A model generated the notes under the pieces. That model made no database searches, was not told the origin of the DNA, and saw only the letters and a list, made by a program, of their open reading frames with translations. From positions 19,096,001 through 19,160,000 of the forward strand of contig OZ281497.1 in NCBI GenBank assembly GCA_965637545.1: 64,000 bases of DNA, read 5' to 3'. Below, piece by piece: positions 1 through 10,707 of the stretch. The DNA is from Phallusia mammillata. Its lineage: Eukaryota. Position 1 is the first letter of the stretch; each line of letters begins with the position of its first letter. Position numbers and translations under genes: made by a program.

Positions 1-134
1 CAAACGGTATTGTTACGGTTTAGTAAACACGACTTTGAAAAAACGTTTTGCTGTGGTTGTAATATAACGTGTTAGTAACCTCATCGTTCATACGTAACGC
101 CATAAACGTTCTTGTTACTTTTTTGGACAAAATA

Positions 135-600
135 ATAAAAACGTTTTGTATTTACGTTATTATGTGGTTGCAGTTATCTGTTTTAAAAACGTTATTTTAG
201 TTACGTATTAAACCGTACGTTTCTGTAACATAACCAAATAACGAGATAAAAACGTTTTGTATTTACGTTTTTAAGTAGTAGCATTTATCTGTTTTAAAAA
301 CGTTTTTTTCAGTTACGTATTAAACCGTACGTTTCTGTAACATAACCAAATAACGATATAAAAACGTTTTGTATTTACGTTTTTAAGTAGTAGCATTTAT
401 CTGTTTTGAAAACGTTTTTTTCAGTTACGTATTAAACCGTACGTTTCTGTAACATAACTAAATAACAAGATAAAAACGTTTTGTATTTACGTTTTTAAGT
501 AGTAGCATTTATCTGTTTTAAAAACGTTTTTTTCAGTTACGTATTAAACCGTACGTTTCTGTAACATAACTAAATAACAAGATAAAAACGTGTTGTATAT
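135..600 (+). repeat. Tandem array, ~112-bp unit, ~4.2 near-identical copies
   Basis: The unit anchor ACGTTTTGTATTTACG recurs at 141, 252, 364 and 476, with a variant ACGTGTTG at 588 (periods 111, 112, 112, 112). The core TTACGTATTAAACCGTACGTTTCTGTAACATAAC is identical in four copies. Confidence 0.95.
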
Positions 601-1345
601 AAACTGTTGGTAAAACGTCATGAAAATAATGTATCAAAGCGAACATACTTGTAACCTTTCTAAGTTACGAATACACAAAACGAAATGTTTTGACAATATT
701 CACAACGTTGTTTAAAGGTCACCAAATGATTTTTTTGTGTGTTGATGAAAATGTTACACCAAGGTTCGGTGGTGGGCTATTAAGTTAACCGAAAAAGTCA
801 TAAAATGATTGATAAAAAACGTTCTAAAAACAACGTTTTGGTGTGGTTGTAATCCGAGGTGTGGGTAACGTCATGGGATATACGGTACGATATAAATGTT
901 TTTGTTGGATTTTTTTGGACGATATAAATATTTTTGTCTAAAACGTTTTAACTAACTGTTTTTGTGTTGTTACATATAGTGGTTTTAAAAACGCTTATTA
1001 AGATACGAATGAAATCAAACGTTCCTATCATCTTACCACACAACGACAAGCGTAAAGAAACGAATCAAATCCAACGTTCTTGCAACCGTACCACTCAACA
1101 GAACAAACACGTGCCTCTTAAACGCTTTTTTTGTGGCTACAATTGATTGGTTGTAGAATTAATTAACGTAATTTAGTCATGAATCAAATACATCGCTAAC
1201 CTTAAACCGGTATTTGCCGAAAAAAAGTTTTAGCATTCATGTTTTTATAATGCTAAACACATTACTCAAAAATCAATGACACAATTAATAAAGAGAAAAA
1301 AGGTATGCGTAAACAAACTTTAAAACGTATGCATTGCGGTGCGGC

Positions 1346-1353
1346 TATAAATA
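1346..1353 (+). promoter_or_regulatory. Possible TATA box (TATAAATA) of the DUF4806-like gene
   Basis: Motif lies ~480 bp upstream of the ATG. An acceptor (TTTGCAG) directly before ATG 1831 implies a non-coding first exon and a 5'UTR intron. Motif match only. Confidence 0.3.
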
Positions 1354-1830
1354 GTAACCACAAAATAATGATGCAACCGCTTATGAATTGGGAACCACCA
1401 AGCTAAAATCAGGGGCGGCATGGTTCATGGCTGTAAGTGCGGCCGAACGTGCGTGCAGTCTTGTCGTGTGCGAGTGTGTTACAAGTTTAAGCTGTGCATC
1501 AAAGTATTTCCGAAAAGGTAATAAATGGTACAGTATAGAAATTAAAACAGAGTCAGTGATTAACTACTATGATTTGCAATACTCAGAAAGTCATATCTAT
1601 TAACAGTTTGCGGGAGCTAGCTTTTTGTTGAAAAAGTGTAATGTTTCAATTAGTTTTGCAGAATGCTAAACAATGTTTGTTTTAAATGACCCAAAGTAAA
1701 TTTTGTTTAATGTAAGAGAAAATTTTCAATTTGTAATAGCATGGAAACCCTAATGTAGAGTTGTATTCTAGGCCTTTTTTTTATCAGCAAAATTGTATTT
1801 TTATATTTTTCATTAAATTTTGTTTTGCAG

Positions 1831-3452
1831 ATGTCGTTTGCCATAGTGGAATTTATAAAGGAGCAAAGTGTCGAACTTGTACATTTAACTTGGATAAAAA
1901 AAAGCGAATCTGTAAGTATCTTTTAATATTTTTGTCTTTTTGGTATTCTGATGGTAAATCAGTCATGTTTATATTTTCCAGACAACACAGTGTTTCTGGC
2001 CCAAACTAAATGCTAGACAGAAGGCAAAGAAAGGTGAAATTCCAGATCCTAAAACATGGGATACTTTTGAAATACGGATTTTCTCAACTACAGGTAAATT
2101 GTGCTTTTATGACAATGAACAGTTTTTTACTGCTACTTTATGCTTTAGATGATTTTGAAATTGCACTGAAACGGGTAGCCAGGGCAGAATTAACCTCGAA
2201 TGTGGAAAGTGATGATGAAGTGCCAGATGTTCGTTTAAGAAAAAAAGTGTGTCGATACTCTCCACCAGGTAACATTCTGCACTAATGTAGTACAAACCAC
2301 ACCTGTTTTCTAAAACATTTTCTTTCCAGTTGATAGATACAAACACATAGAAGCAAACAAGGAAAAAAACTTGAGTACATCTTCAAATATAAGTTCAAAC
2401 AAAGACCAACAAAGCAAATCCAGCGAAAGTGCTCTTCACAACATAAATGGTATGCATGTGCACGTTTACTTGGGTGGATCCTTGTCAGATTATTGTAATT
2501 TTTTTGCAGCAAAATTAAACATGTTATTGGAATTACAAACAAACCTCACAAACATAGTTAAACAAAGCATACCCAAAAATGATGATGGTAAAGTCCTGGA
2601 ATTTGACATGCTGGAAAGGCCGCTTGAATCCATACTGGAATTGAAGGATTTGGATAACAAACTTCATGACAAGGAGTTATGCAAATCACTGGTATAGTAC
2701 ATGTGTCTTGTTTACATATAAACTGCCCTGAATGCAAATCAATTTATCACATAGGTCAAATATTTAACCAATATTGGAGGGACCAGTGTTGGAGACAATG
2801 TGCGGCGTATGATGAAGGCTGTTGGTTCGTATGGTTTATGGTCACAGTATAGCTATAAAGGAAGAAAAGGAAAGGAGGCTTTTTGTGGAACTGTTATGTG
2901 TAAAGTTATTTTAAGTAAGTATTTTGCCGGCGAAAAAATGTGAAACTGTTTGCAAAACTGAAAATATGCATTTGTGATTTTTAGAAAGTGCACTACGTTC
3001 TAACAAAGATCTCAAAGCCAGTGCAGTTGAGGTGGAGATAAAAGAATTTTTGAAGCATGCACCATACAAGCCTGGCGGAATTAACTATAAGGTACACAGA
3101 TATTTTTTTATTTTTCACCCTTGATTTAAACTGCTCGAGTGAGTTACATTAAACTTTCACAGCTGATAGATACAGTTTGTAAATCAATTAGTTGCTTTCA
3201 ATTTGCCCACTCCCCCCTTTAGTTCCCTTGCCATCACCAAAATGTAGCTTTATACACTAACGTTGTATGTTGTGCAATATGTGCTAATATACCCTTCTAG
3301 TTTATCAACACAATTACTAGTTATTGATTTTGTAAGCTTAAACCATTTTTGTGTTTTAGAATAGACAGGCTGACATGAACATCTCAAGTTCAAGTTCTTC
3401 TGGCACACCCACTGTCCTTCTTTTTTCGTCAGACGAAGAAAATGATGTTTAA
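1831..3452 (+). CDS. Transposon-associated DUF4806-like protein, 344 aa, 7 exons, intact
   Basis: Exons 1831-1911, 1982-2093, 2149-2268, 2330-2691, 2755-2914, 2985-3091 and 3360-3452 (1035 nt), all GT-AG and phase-compatible. N-terminus MSFAIVEF..SVELVHLTW..CFWP..PDPKTW. C-terminal PLESILELKDLDNKL..YLTNIGG..VRRMM..YSYKGRKGKEAF..IKEFLKHAP matches my recollection of the DUF4806 pattern. Confidence 0.8.
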
Positions 3453-3889
3453 TTTCAAATCGATGCAGCCTTGATTTCGTTTGTTTGTATTAAAATACTT
3501 TTTAAAAAAATGGTGTGCGTACAACGTTGCAGTAATCGTTATAGAAACGTCAATGGGAGTCCACACAATGTCGTTCGCACAACTCATTTGAATAACGTGA
3601 GGAAAACGATACGAGTAACGTTAAGACAACCTAAACTTAAACCGCCAGTTGACGTGACAATCTTCGTTTTAACAACCGTTAAATTAACGTAACAAAAACG
3701 GCAAACTGAAACGTTTTGTAATCGTTGTTTTAAACGTTATTATAGCGAAAAAACGTACGTTTGTTTAAACGTAATTAAAACGAAAATGGGAGTCCACACT
3801 TTATGGTTTTTATAACGTCACAGCAAACGTTTTTGGTAGTTTTAAAAAGCCATTACGCAACGTTGCCACGACGTTAAATTGTTTGCTGG

Positions 3890-4176
3890 GGTGGTACTAT
3901 ACCGCATGTGATCGCATGTTACCGCATCATACCAGATGGGATTCCGTTTAGAATACTGCATTGTGTGTGAAATGTGATAAGACAAGTTAGGCCAGATTCT
4001 GGTATTACTTCAATTACAAACCCTTACCCAACCCGACTAGCTTTAGCCGTCAGCGCTTTCAAAAGTCCGCAAAATTATAATTTTCGTAAAAGCATATTCA
4101 AGTCCTTCACAACTTCCTGTTGTGTGATAACATGCAGTCACATGCGGTAACATGCGGTATTTATTAACCTACCACC
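3890..4176. mobile_element. Small degenerate inverted-repeat element (MITE-like)
   Basis: Left end GGTGGTA..ATACCGCATGTGATCGCATGTTACCGCAT (3890-3927). Right end ATGCAGTCACATGCGGTAACATGCGGTAT..TACCACC (4132-4176) is its approximate reverse complement. No clear TSD. Confidence 0.45.
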
Positions 4177-4362
4177 GATTTTTAAGCTTGTTTCTGGTCA
4201 AACCGAAATATACTTTGCATTTCCTTCTATAAGTCTAATGAGAAGTTGCAAGACTAATAAATTAATGTGTTGTTTCGGTGTAAAGATCAGGTAGGCCTAC
4301 AACACAATAAGTAGTACAAATTTAAAATTTAAATGACCCTTTTCTAATTTCAATTTCTAAAG

Positions 4363-4680
4363 CAGGGGTGTGCAACCTTTGTCATTGTGGGGCCAAATAC
4401 AATTACCATGATCAGATCGCGGGCCGCACCACAAGTAGATTTTACTTTGTTGCATACCAAATATGCGTATATTGAGTTGACAAGTAAAATTCGCACTTAT
4501 CTCTAGCCGAATTATTGCCAGGTCGCAGAAAAATATCACCGGGCGCATAAATCTGCTCAAAAATATAAGAGAATTAGAATCGTTTGCCAGTAAATTAGAA
4601 ATTTCCAGCTTTTCCGTGGGCCGCACACCTTTAATCAACGGACCGCGTTTGGCCCGCGGGCCGCAGGTTGCACATCCCTG
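4363..4680. mobile_element. hAT/Charlie-type MITE, 318 bp
   Basis: TIRs CAGGGGTGTGCAACC / GGTTGCACATCCCTG. Perfect 8-bp TSD TTCTAAAG (4355-4362, 4681-4688). GGGCCGC subterminal motifs. Confidence 0.92.
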
Positions 4681-4699
4681 TTCTAAAGTAGGCCTATGC

Positions 4700-5042
4700 C
4701 AGTGTTTCTTAACCTTTTTAGCGCTCGTACCCTTTGAGCTTTCATAAAATTTTCTCGTACCCCCGGTCTAAAATAGCCGACGGAAGTTAATAAAATCGTA
4801 ATAATTGGAATCAACATAATTTTAATAATAGCTATTTATAACTTGCGTGTTGGATGCATGCATTAAAACAGTATTGTAAGTAGTACAAAATCAACCCGTT
4901 TTAGACATATAACAAAGTAACTTGTTACGCATTCTTTACAAATATGCCTAAATACGGTATGATTTCACCCTGCATGTCGTACCCCCTGTTTTAGTGCTTC
5001 GTAACCCCAAGGGGTACACGTACCCCTGGTTAAGAACCCCTG
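4700..5042. mobile_element. hAT-type MITE, 343 bp
   Basis: TIRs CAGTGTTTCTTAACC / GGTTAAGAACCCCTG. Perfect 8-bp TSD GCCTATGC (4692-4699, 5043-5050). Repeated CGTACCC subterminal motifs. Confidence 0.92.
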
Positions 5043-5204
5043 GCCTATGCCCTCCGGCGCAGGTTTTGCTCGTATCCTCGAGCGGCGGCGTTAAAGTGTG
5101 TACATTCTGGTCTACGACTCTACGTCAACGCAACCTGTGCAACTTTTGATTAGGGTTGTGCATAGTGCTTTTTGCAATTAAATGAACCGGATTTAACCAA
5201 GAAC

Positions 5205-6901
5205 ATGTGGTGGTTGGTAGCTGGATATGCTGCTGTTACTTCTGTCTTGTTTCAAATTATTTATGATGCGCAACCTACACCTTTCATCGACGAAATTTTT
5301 CATGTGCCTCAAGCTCAACAATTTTGCAACAAAAACTTCGCAGAGGTATGTTTTTCGTGTAAAGCTTTGGTAATCGAATTTTCACCTGTTTAAAACTAGC
5401 TTACAAGCTAAAATTTGTAAATGTGTTTTGTTAGTTAACATATTTTAATGGATTTTTCAATTGCTTTTTAGTGGGATCCAAAAATTACAACCCTCCCTGG
5501 AATGTATATTGGATCTTTCATTGTATCCCTCATTCCATCTCTGTTTGTGGGAAATGCTTGTAGTGTTTGGGCATTACGATTTCTGAATATAGTCTACAAC
5601 ACTCTTGTATTGGTTTTATCATACAATATTTTATTGGAACTGTGGAAGTCAACCAACGAATCCAAGGTTTGTATTGTTTTCATGATTGGCTTACCTTTTT
5701 GTTTTGGTAGTAAGTCTGTGCCTAGTTTGTCCATTTAAAATTTCTGATTCATGATCAAATAATGCATTTATCAATACCAACAGGAGAAGAAAGGTAAAGA
5801 AGAAGATGTGGACCTCAAATTATGTGCTTTGGTTATTGGATTGTTTCCACTGCTTTACTTCTACTCATTCTTGTACTACACTGAGCCTGGATCAACATTT
5901 CTTATCCTTGCTGCTTACTTGTTTTGCCTAAAGGGGCAACATAGAGTTGCCAGTATCTTATCAGCACTATCTATCATATTTCGTCAAACAAATGTGGTGT
6001 GGACAATCTTTATGGCTGGGACCATTGTGGCTAAGCATATTGATGATTTATCAGAAATGGAAAAAATCAAAACATCTGCAGAAGTAAAGGACAAATTTGC
6101 CAGGTATGTTTGTCAGTTTAATGATTTTAGTAGTTGTTTTTTCATAACAAATATATATTTAGATTTCTTGCCAAAGTTATGCTGTTTGTTGTTCGATATC
6201 TTCTGGTATTGGAGCACTTGTTGACCATAGGATTGTTAATATGGCCATATGCAGTTGTGGTCATATGTTTTGGACTATTTGTTTATGTCAACAATGGGGT
6301 TGCTGTTGGTGATAAGGACAGTCACAAAGCTGTGTTGCACTTGGCTCAAATTCTGTATTTCTCTGGGTTTATGCTATTTTTCTCATCTCCGGTGCTGATA
6401 ACAATGGATAAGATCAAGCGATTTGTTGCTGCAGTGCAAAAGCACAAAGCTTTATGCATAACATCGGCTGTGGCCAGTTTGTATGTCTTGGCTTTTCACA
6501 CTTACGAACATCCCTACATGCTTGCTGACAACCGTCACTATGTGTTTTATTTGTGGCGCTGGATTTTGGGAAGGTTTGTGTTCAGGTACTGCGTAATACC
6601 TGTATACATTTATGCATTTTGGAGTATTAATGACAGCATCTCTATTACAAATGCTACCTTGTTAAAAACAGTGCTTGGTGCATGCATCGTGGCAGTGTTG
6701 GCAATGCATAGACTGATTGAATTTCGCTATTTTATCTTGCCATACATTCTTATCAGGTTGCATTTAAAGGAACAGACAAGAAAGACTTTGCTGCTAGAAA
6801 TTTTGTTGCATGTTTGTGTCAATGCCTTTACTATTATGGTTTTCCTTCAAAAGACATTTGCATGGCCTGATCTTTCTGAACCACAGCGAATAATTTGGTA
6901 A
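5205..6901 (+). CDS. ALG10: Dol-P-Glc:Glc2Man9GlcNAc2-PP-Dol alpha-1,2-glucosyltransferase, 464 aa, 4 exons
   Basis: Exons 5205-5345, 5472-5666, 5784-6103 and 6163-6901 (1395 nt, in frame). ALG10/DIE2 motifs PFIDEIFHVPQAQQFC, WDPKITTLPG, FLYYTEPGSTF, FRQTNVVW, VGDKDSH, HPYMLADNRHYVFYLW, IEFRYFILPY and QRIIW. Confidence 0.96.
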
Positions 6902-7831
6902 AAAGTAAATATGCTTCAATCACTGCCATTGCCTATGAGTCATGTATTGTAATCGAACTGAGTGCATGTCAACAGCATAAAGTGTGCTTTGAATTCAATT
7001 ACTTAAAATGAGAGCAATATTTTACTAACACCTATAATGGGATGACTGTGTTTAATAGAACTATTCATTGCAATAGAAAAATGCACTTTTAGAATGTATT
7101 TTCCCAGACTGTTTATACTTACCGTCGTCTTGTGTGGGTGTCTCTGTATCTTTGTCTTTCTTACACTATCTGTACACAATGACTTTGCACTAATCGTGAT
7201 CTCCGCTTTGGCTGTATAGCGTTTGCTGTGGACCATTTTGTCATTTATAAACGATCAACGATTGCGCGAAACTATGCGAAACGGCCTCAGTTAAAAAGGA
7301 AACTATGGGATATGAACACTGCTGGTCCGCGTTTATGCTAATATCGTTTTTTACCCAATCAAAATTACTGCCTGCTTGTGTGCTCTGCTAGGAAGTTTAT
7401 ATTGCATGTATTTGAATTACATATATGAAAATCATGCATTTTTGCAAACAGGGTAATAATAATCGCGCTGTAAGTGTTGTACATGTGTGTTAAGCATTTT
7501 ATAAATATGTGTGCTTGTGCAGTACATTTTTTTCATTTCCTGGTACTTGTATGTAATCAAGAATGTCCCAAAAAACGTCCCCACCGGTCAAACATACGTT
7601 GTGATGTGTCCACGCAACAGTCTCGTCAATTTGCAACTGGCGCAATGTTCGTCAAACTGCAGACAGACCTTGACAAACCGTCACCTACTTTTGCAGTTGT
7701 TGCGCTCTTTTTTATTCGTCAGCGGTGATGGCTCTGTATTGGGCAGTGATCTATTCAAAGCGCAATCCACACAGTAGAGACTCTTGTGTACAAGAAATGG
7801 TTAATAAATAGTTGGAATTATTTGAAATTAG

Positions 7832-8407
7832 TTCGAAGACAGTATGTGCGACGCAGGCCCAACTCCATACTATCCCAGTCAGAACTGTTGCACAAACGGA
7901 GAATGCATAGCTACGACATGTCACCAGCCGTACGAACCCAGCAGTCACCTTTTGCCATCAGGTACGTTATCAGCCTTAATTTAGCCAGGTTAGTTGGAGC
8001 CGTAATTAATGTCGTTTGTTTTCCTGGTATCGATTTATACACCAGCGTTCAGGTAATGGGAGAACGTCGAAACTGGAAGGTAGTTAGTCACAATGATTGC
8101 TTCCATCAATGTAACTAATTTTGAAAACGCAGATATTAAACGGAAGATGTGATTCAACATATGAAAACAGTTTTTGCTTTTAGAAATCTACCCGACAAAC
8201 TTTGATGTTTATCCCTCACAGTTTCCACTGGACAACCACAGTCCGCAGGTAATTTTCTGTTTGAACTTTTCGTCATACCTTTTGCGTTTCCATCAGAACT
8301 GTTTCTGGTGAAGGTGGAAGCAGACCAATACTGGCAGAACTTCGCACCGGGAATTCCAAGCGCCATAGATAGCCAAGTTCCCTGCATTTCATCAACATCC
8401 TCACCAG
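7832..8407 (+). CDS. Candidate upstream coding exons of the Meox gene (structure unresolved)
   Basis: One phase-consistent model: 7832-7961 (FEDSMCDAGPTPYYPSQ..HQPYEPSSHLLPS), 8184-8248 and 8314-8407, joining 9160 in phase 1. An alternative joins 7961 directly to 8297. Some splice sites are weak and I recognise no homology. Confidence 0.35.
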
Positions 8408-8570
8408 GTCTGACGTAAATTGTTAATGTCCATACTGATAGGCAAATTATTCAAAATAGTATGTCGCAGTTTTATGTAAGCCACGATAGAGTATAATATA
8501 GGCGTAATGTTTCTTCTAGTTTTTTGGTAATAAATTCTTTTTTTCGGGCTTGCAGGACATAGCCTTAGCT

Positions 8571-8650
8571 CAGGGGTCGCCAACCTTTACTACTCAAAGA
8601 GCCACTCGGACCAGTTTCACGTAGTAAAATAACACTGGGAGCCACAAAGT
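8571..8650 (+). mobile_element. Truncated hAT/Charlie MITE end
   Basis: CAGGGGTCGCCAACCTTT..AAGAGCCA is a typical hAT MITE terminus. No matching right TIR found. Confidence 0.4.
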
Positions 8651-9159
8651 CGTTTTAAAATTTAAAATAAAATGCAAAACGTTTTTAGTCTTATGACATT
8701 CGACTTTTTGTTGTTGTTTAGCTAGTGTTTCATTGCATATTAGACACACTGGTATACTAGTCTCGTCAGCAGAGAAACAACTTTACGTAGCGTTGCATAT
8801 TCTGTTTTTGCAGATTTGTATTCTATTGTTAACGCGTTTCTAACGTAACAATTAACAAACAGCTATTGTTACGCGCGCACACACACTGCAAACAAAAACA
8901 GTATTGTCTCATATTGCGTATTAACCTGCGCTCCGCCAGTTTACCTCTTTCAGACTTCACGTTTGATGGTATAGAGGTGGGGTTGCAGGTAACTACAACA
9001 AGCGAGTACAGTCATGCTACTGCACTTCAATTTTTAATAATTTTAGCGTTAAGACTGAAAAAGTTGGAACCGCAGGGTCCTTTGCTATGAATTATACAAC
9101 ACACATTTTTTATGAAAAAAGTGATTCTGCGATGTGATAACTATTTTGTCATGATGTAG

Positions 9160-9700
9160 AGAAACCAGTGGAGACGCGCAAAAAGGAGAGAACCTCGTTT
9201 ACGCAAACCCAAATTCAGCAGTTGGAGGCGGACTTTGCGGATAATCATTACCTAACGAGACTGAGAAGATACGAGCTTGCTTTAAAATTAAACCTCACTG
9301 AACGACAGGTATACACAATACATACGTACCTGTAGAAAATATGTGTTCATCTTAAATGTGGTGTACTTTGGAGCTTATTTAATTCTTGAGCCATGTTAAA
9401 TCAGGCAACCTTGACTCAAGCAAAAAAAACATTTTCTGTTACTATGATTAAAGTGTCATTTCTTCAGCTAGATAGAATTTCTATTTTGAATTGGGCAATC
9501 TTGTTTTAAGCAACAAACGTCTGTTTTTTATTTACTGCATTCGAAAATGAAAGTATTGTTTCTTCAGCTAGATAGGAGTTCTATTTTCAATTTGGCCACA
9601 TTGTATTAAGCAACAAACAAGTAACTTTCGTTTCGTGTTTTCAAAGATCAAAGTGTGGTTTCAAAACAGACGGATGAAGTTGAAACGTGAACGTACATGA
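9160..9700 (+). CDS. MEOX: Meox/Mox-class homeodomain exons (3' part of gene)
   Basis: Exons 9160-9308 and 9647-9700 encode [44 protein letters not shown]|[22 protein letters not shown] and YLTRLRRYE are Meox signatures. The phase-0 intron lies between homeodomain residues 44 and 45. Confidence 0.88.
9451..9620 (+). repeat. Imperfect two-copy duplication (100-bp period) in the Meox homeobox intron
   Basis: TCTTCAGCTAGATAG at 9461 and 9561, each followed by TCTATTTT..TTAAGCAACAAAC. Confidence 0.75.
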
Positions 9701-10707
9701 CCTCGACCAGCGGAACAACAAGAAAACCTATAGTCAATTTGCTGTCACTCGGCTTTTAGCATTTCTGTAAACCTAAAGCCTTGTACTGACCCAAATACTG
9801 CAACTGTGGCACTCGCATGTGAAAATACACCATCGTTTTTATATCTTGCGTGATTTATTCCCGAATTGTGCAGAATTGATTCTAAAAGAAAGTACTAAAA
9901 GGCCACGACAGGATCACCACGGAACTATACCCACAGTTCTTTCTTCACTCGCTCCGTCGCCAAAGACTGATACACATCCAGAATAGTGCTGCCATCCAAG
10001 TAACACGATTTTTCTTTGCCATCGCATTCCTGGTCATACTGAATACTCATCAGGTTCACTCGACGAATCCGAATCTTCTAAAAAAGCACAAAAATCTAAC
10101 AGCTTGCCAAATGTTATAAACGGTTCATGCTTAGATCCGTTTTTTCTTTGTAAAATTGGAAGCGTTTCTTACGTTAATCATACAGTACATGACGTCATCG
10201 GCGAAACACCTTTTAGTTTGAAAAAAAAACAAGCGCCTAAGGTTAAGAAGCACTGGATTATGCGTTTTGTGACAGAAAGTAAGCGACATAGACCAGTGGA
10301 ATTTACTTCAATTTGTCCATGGTTGTAAATAGACACAGCTCTCGAAATATCACTTGTCAAGTTAAAAAAAATCCAATTTTACATGATCTTTGTGCAGTTT
10401 AGCATTTACTATGTAGTCTATTGGGAGGAATGAAAATGTTTTGAATTGTGAAAGAAGAATTGTGTTAATATAGATTGGAAACCACTGCTTAAGACCACAT
10501 TATTGATGCACTGAACCCACCTCAATCGGGCCAAATACATAAGGCCATAAGGTTTCGGCCGATTTTTTTTAAAAGTTCTAGCCGCAACCAAATTATCGAC
10601 AAAATTCGACAGCTTGGGTACATCACTAGACCAAATTGTAACCGCATAAATTGGCAATGTGGTTTAGTGAGCAGCGACTAACAAACAGTTCAAAAAGCAG
10701 GAACACT

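Larger units (their letters stand above)
1..3890. mobile_element. Right part of a probable CMC/EnSpm (CACTA-like) DNA transposon; left terminus lies upstream of the window
   Basis: Ends in GTTTGCTGGG (3881-3890), which reads CCCAGCAAAC on the - strand. CCC-type termini are what I recall for animal EnSpm-like elements. AACGTT-rich repetitive flanks at 1-1150 and 3500-3890 enclose a single DUF4806-like gene. The TSD and second TIR cannot be checked because the other end is not in the window. Confidence 0.6.

Noticed and set aside
135-600. CRISPR-like array
   Set aside because: Whole units repeat with no unique spacers, and the context is eukaryotic with no cas genes.
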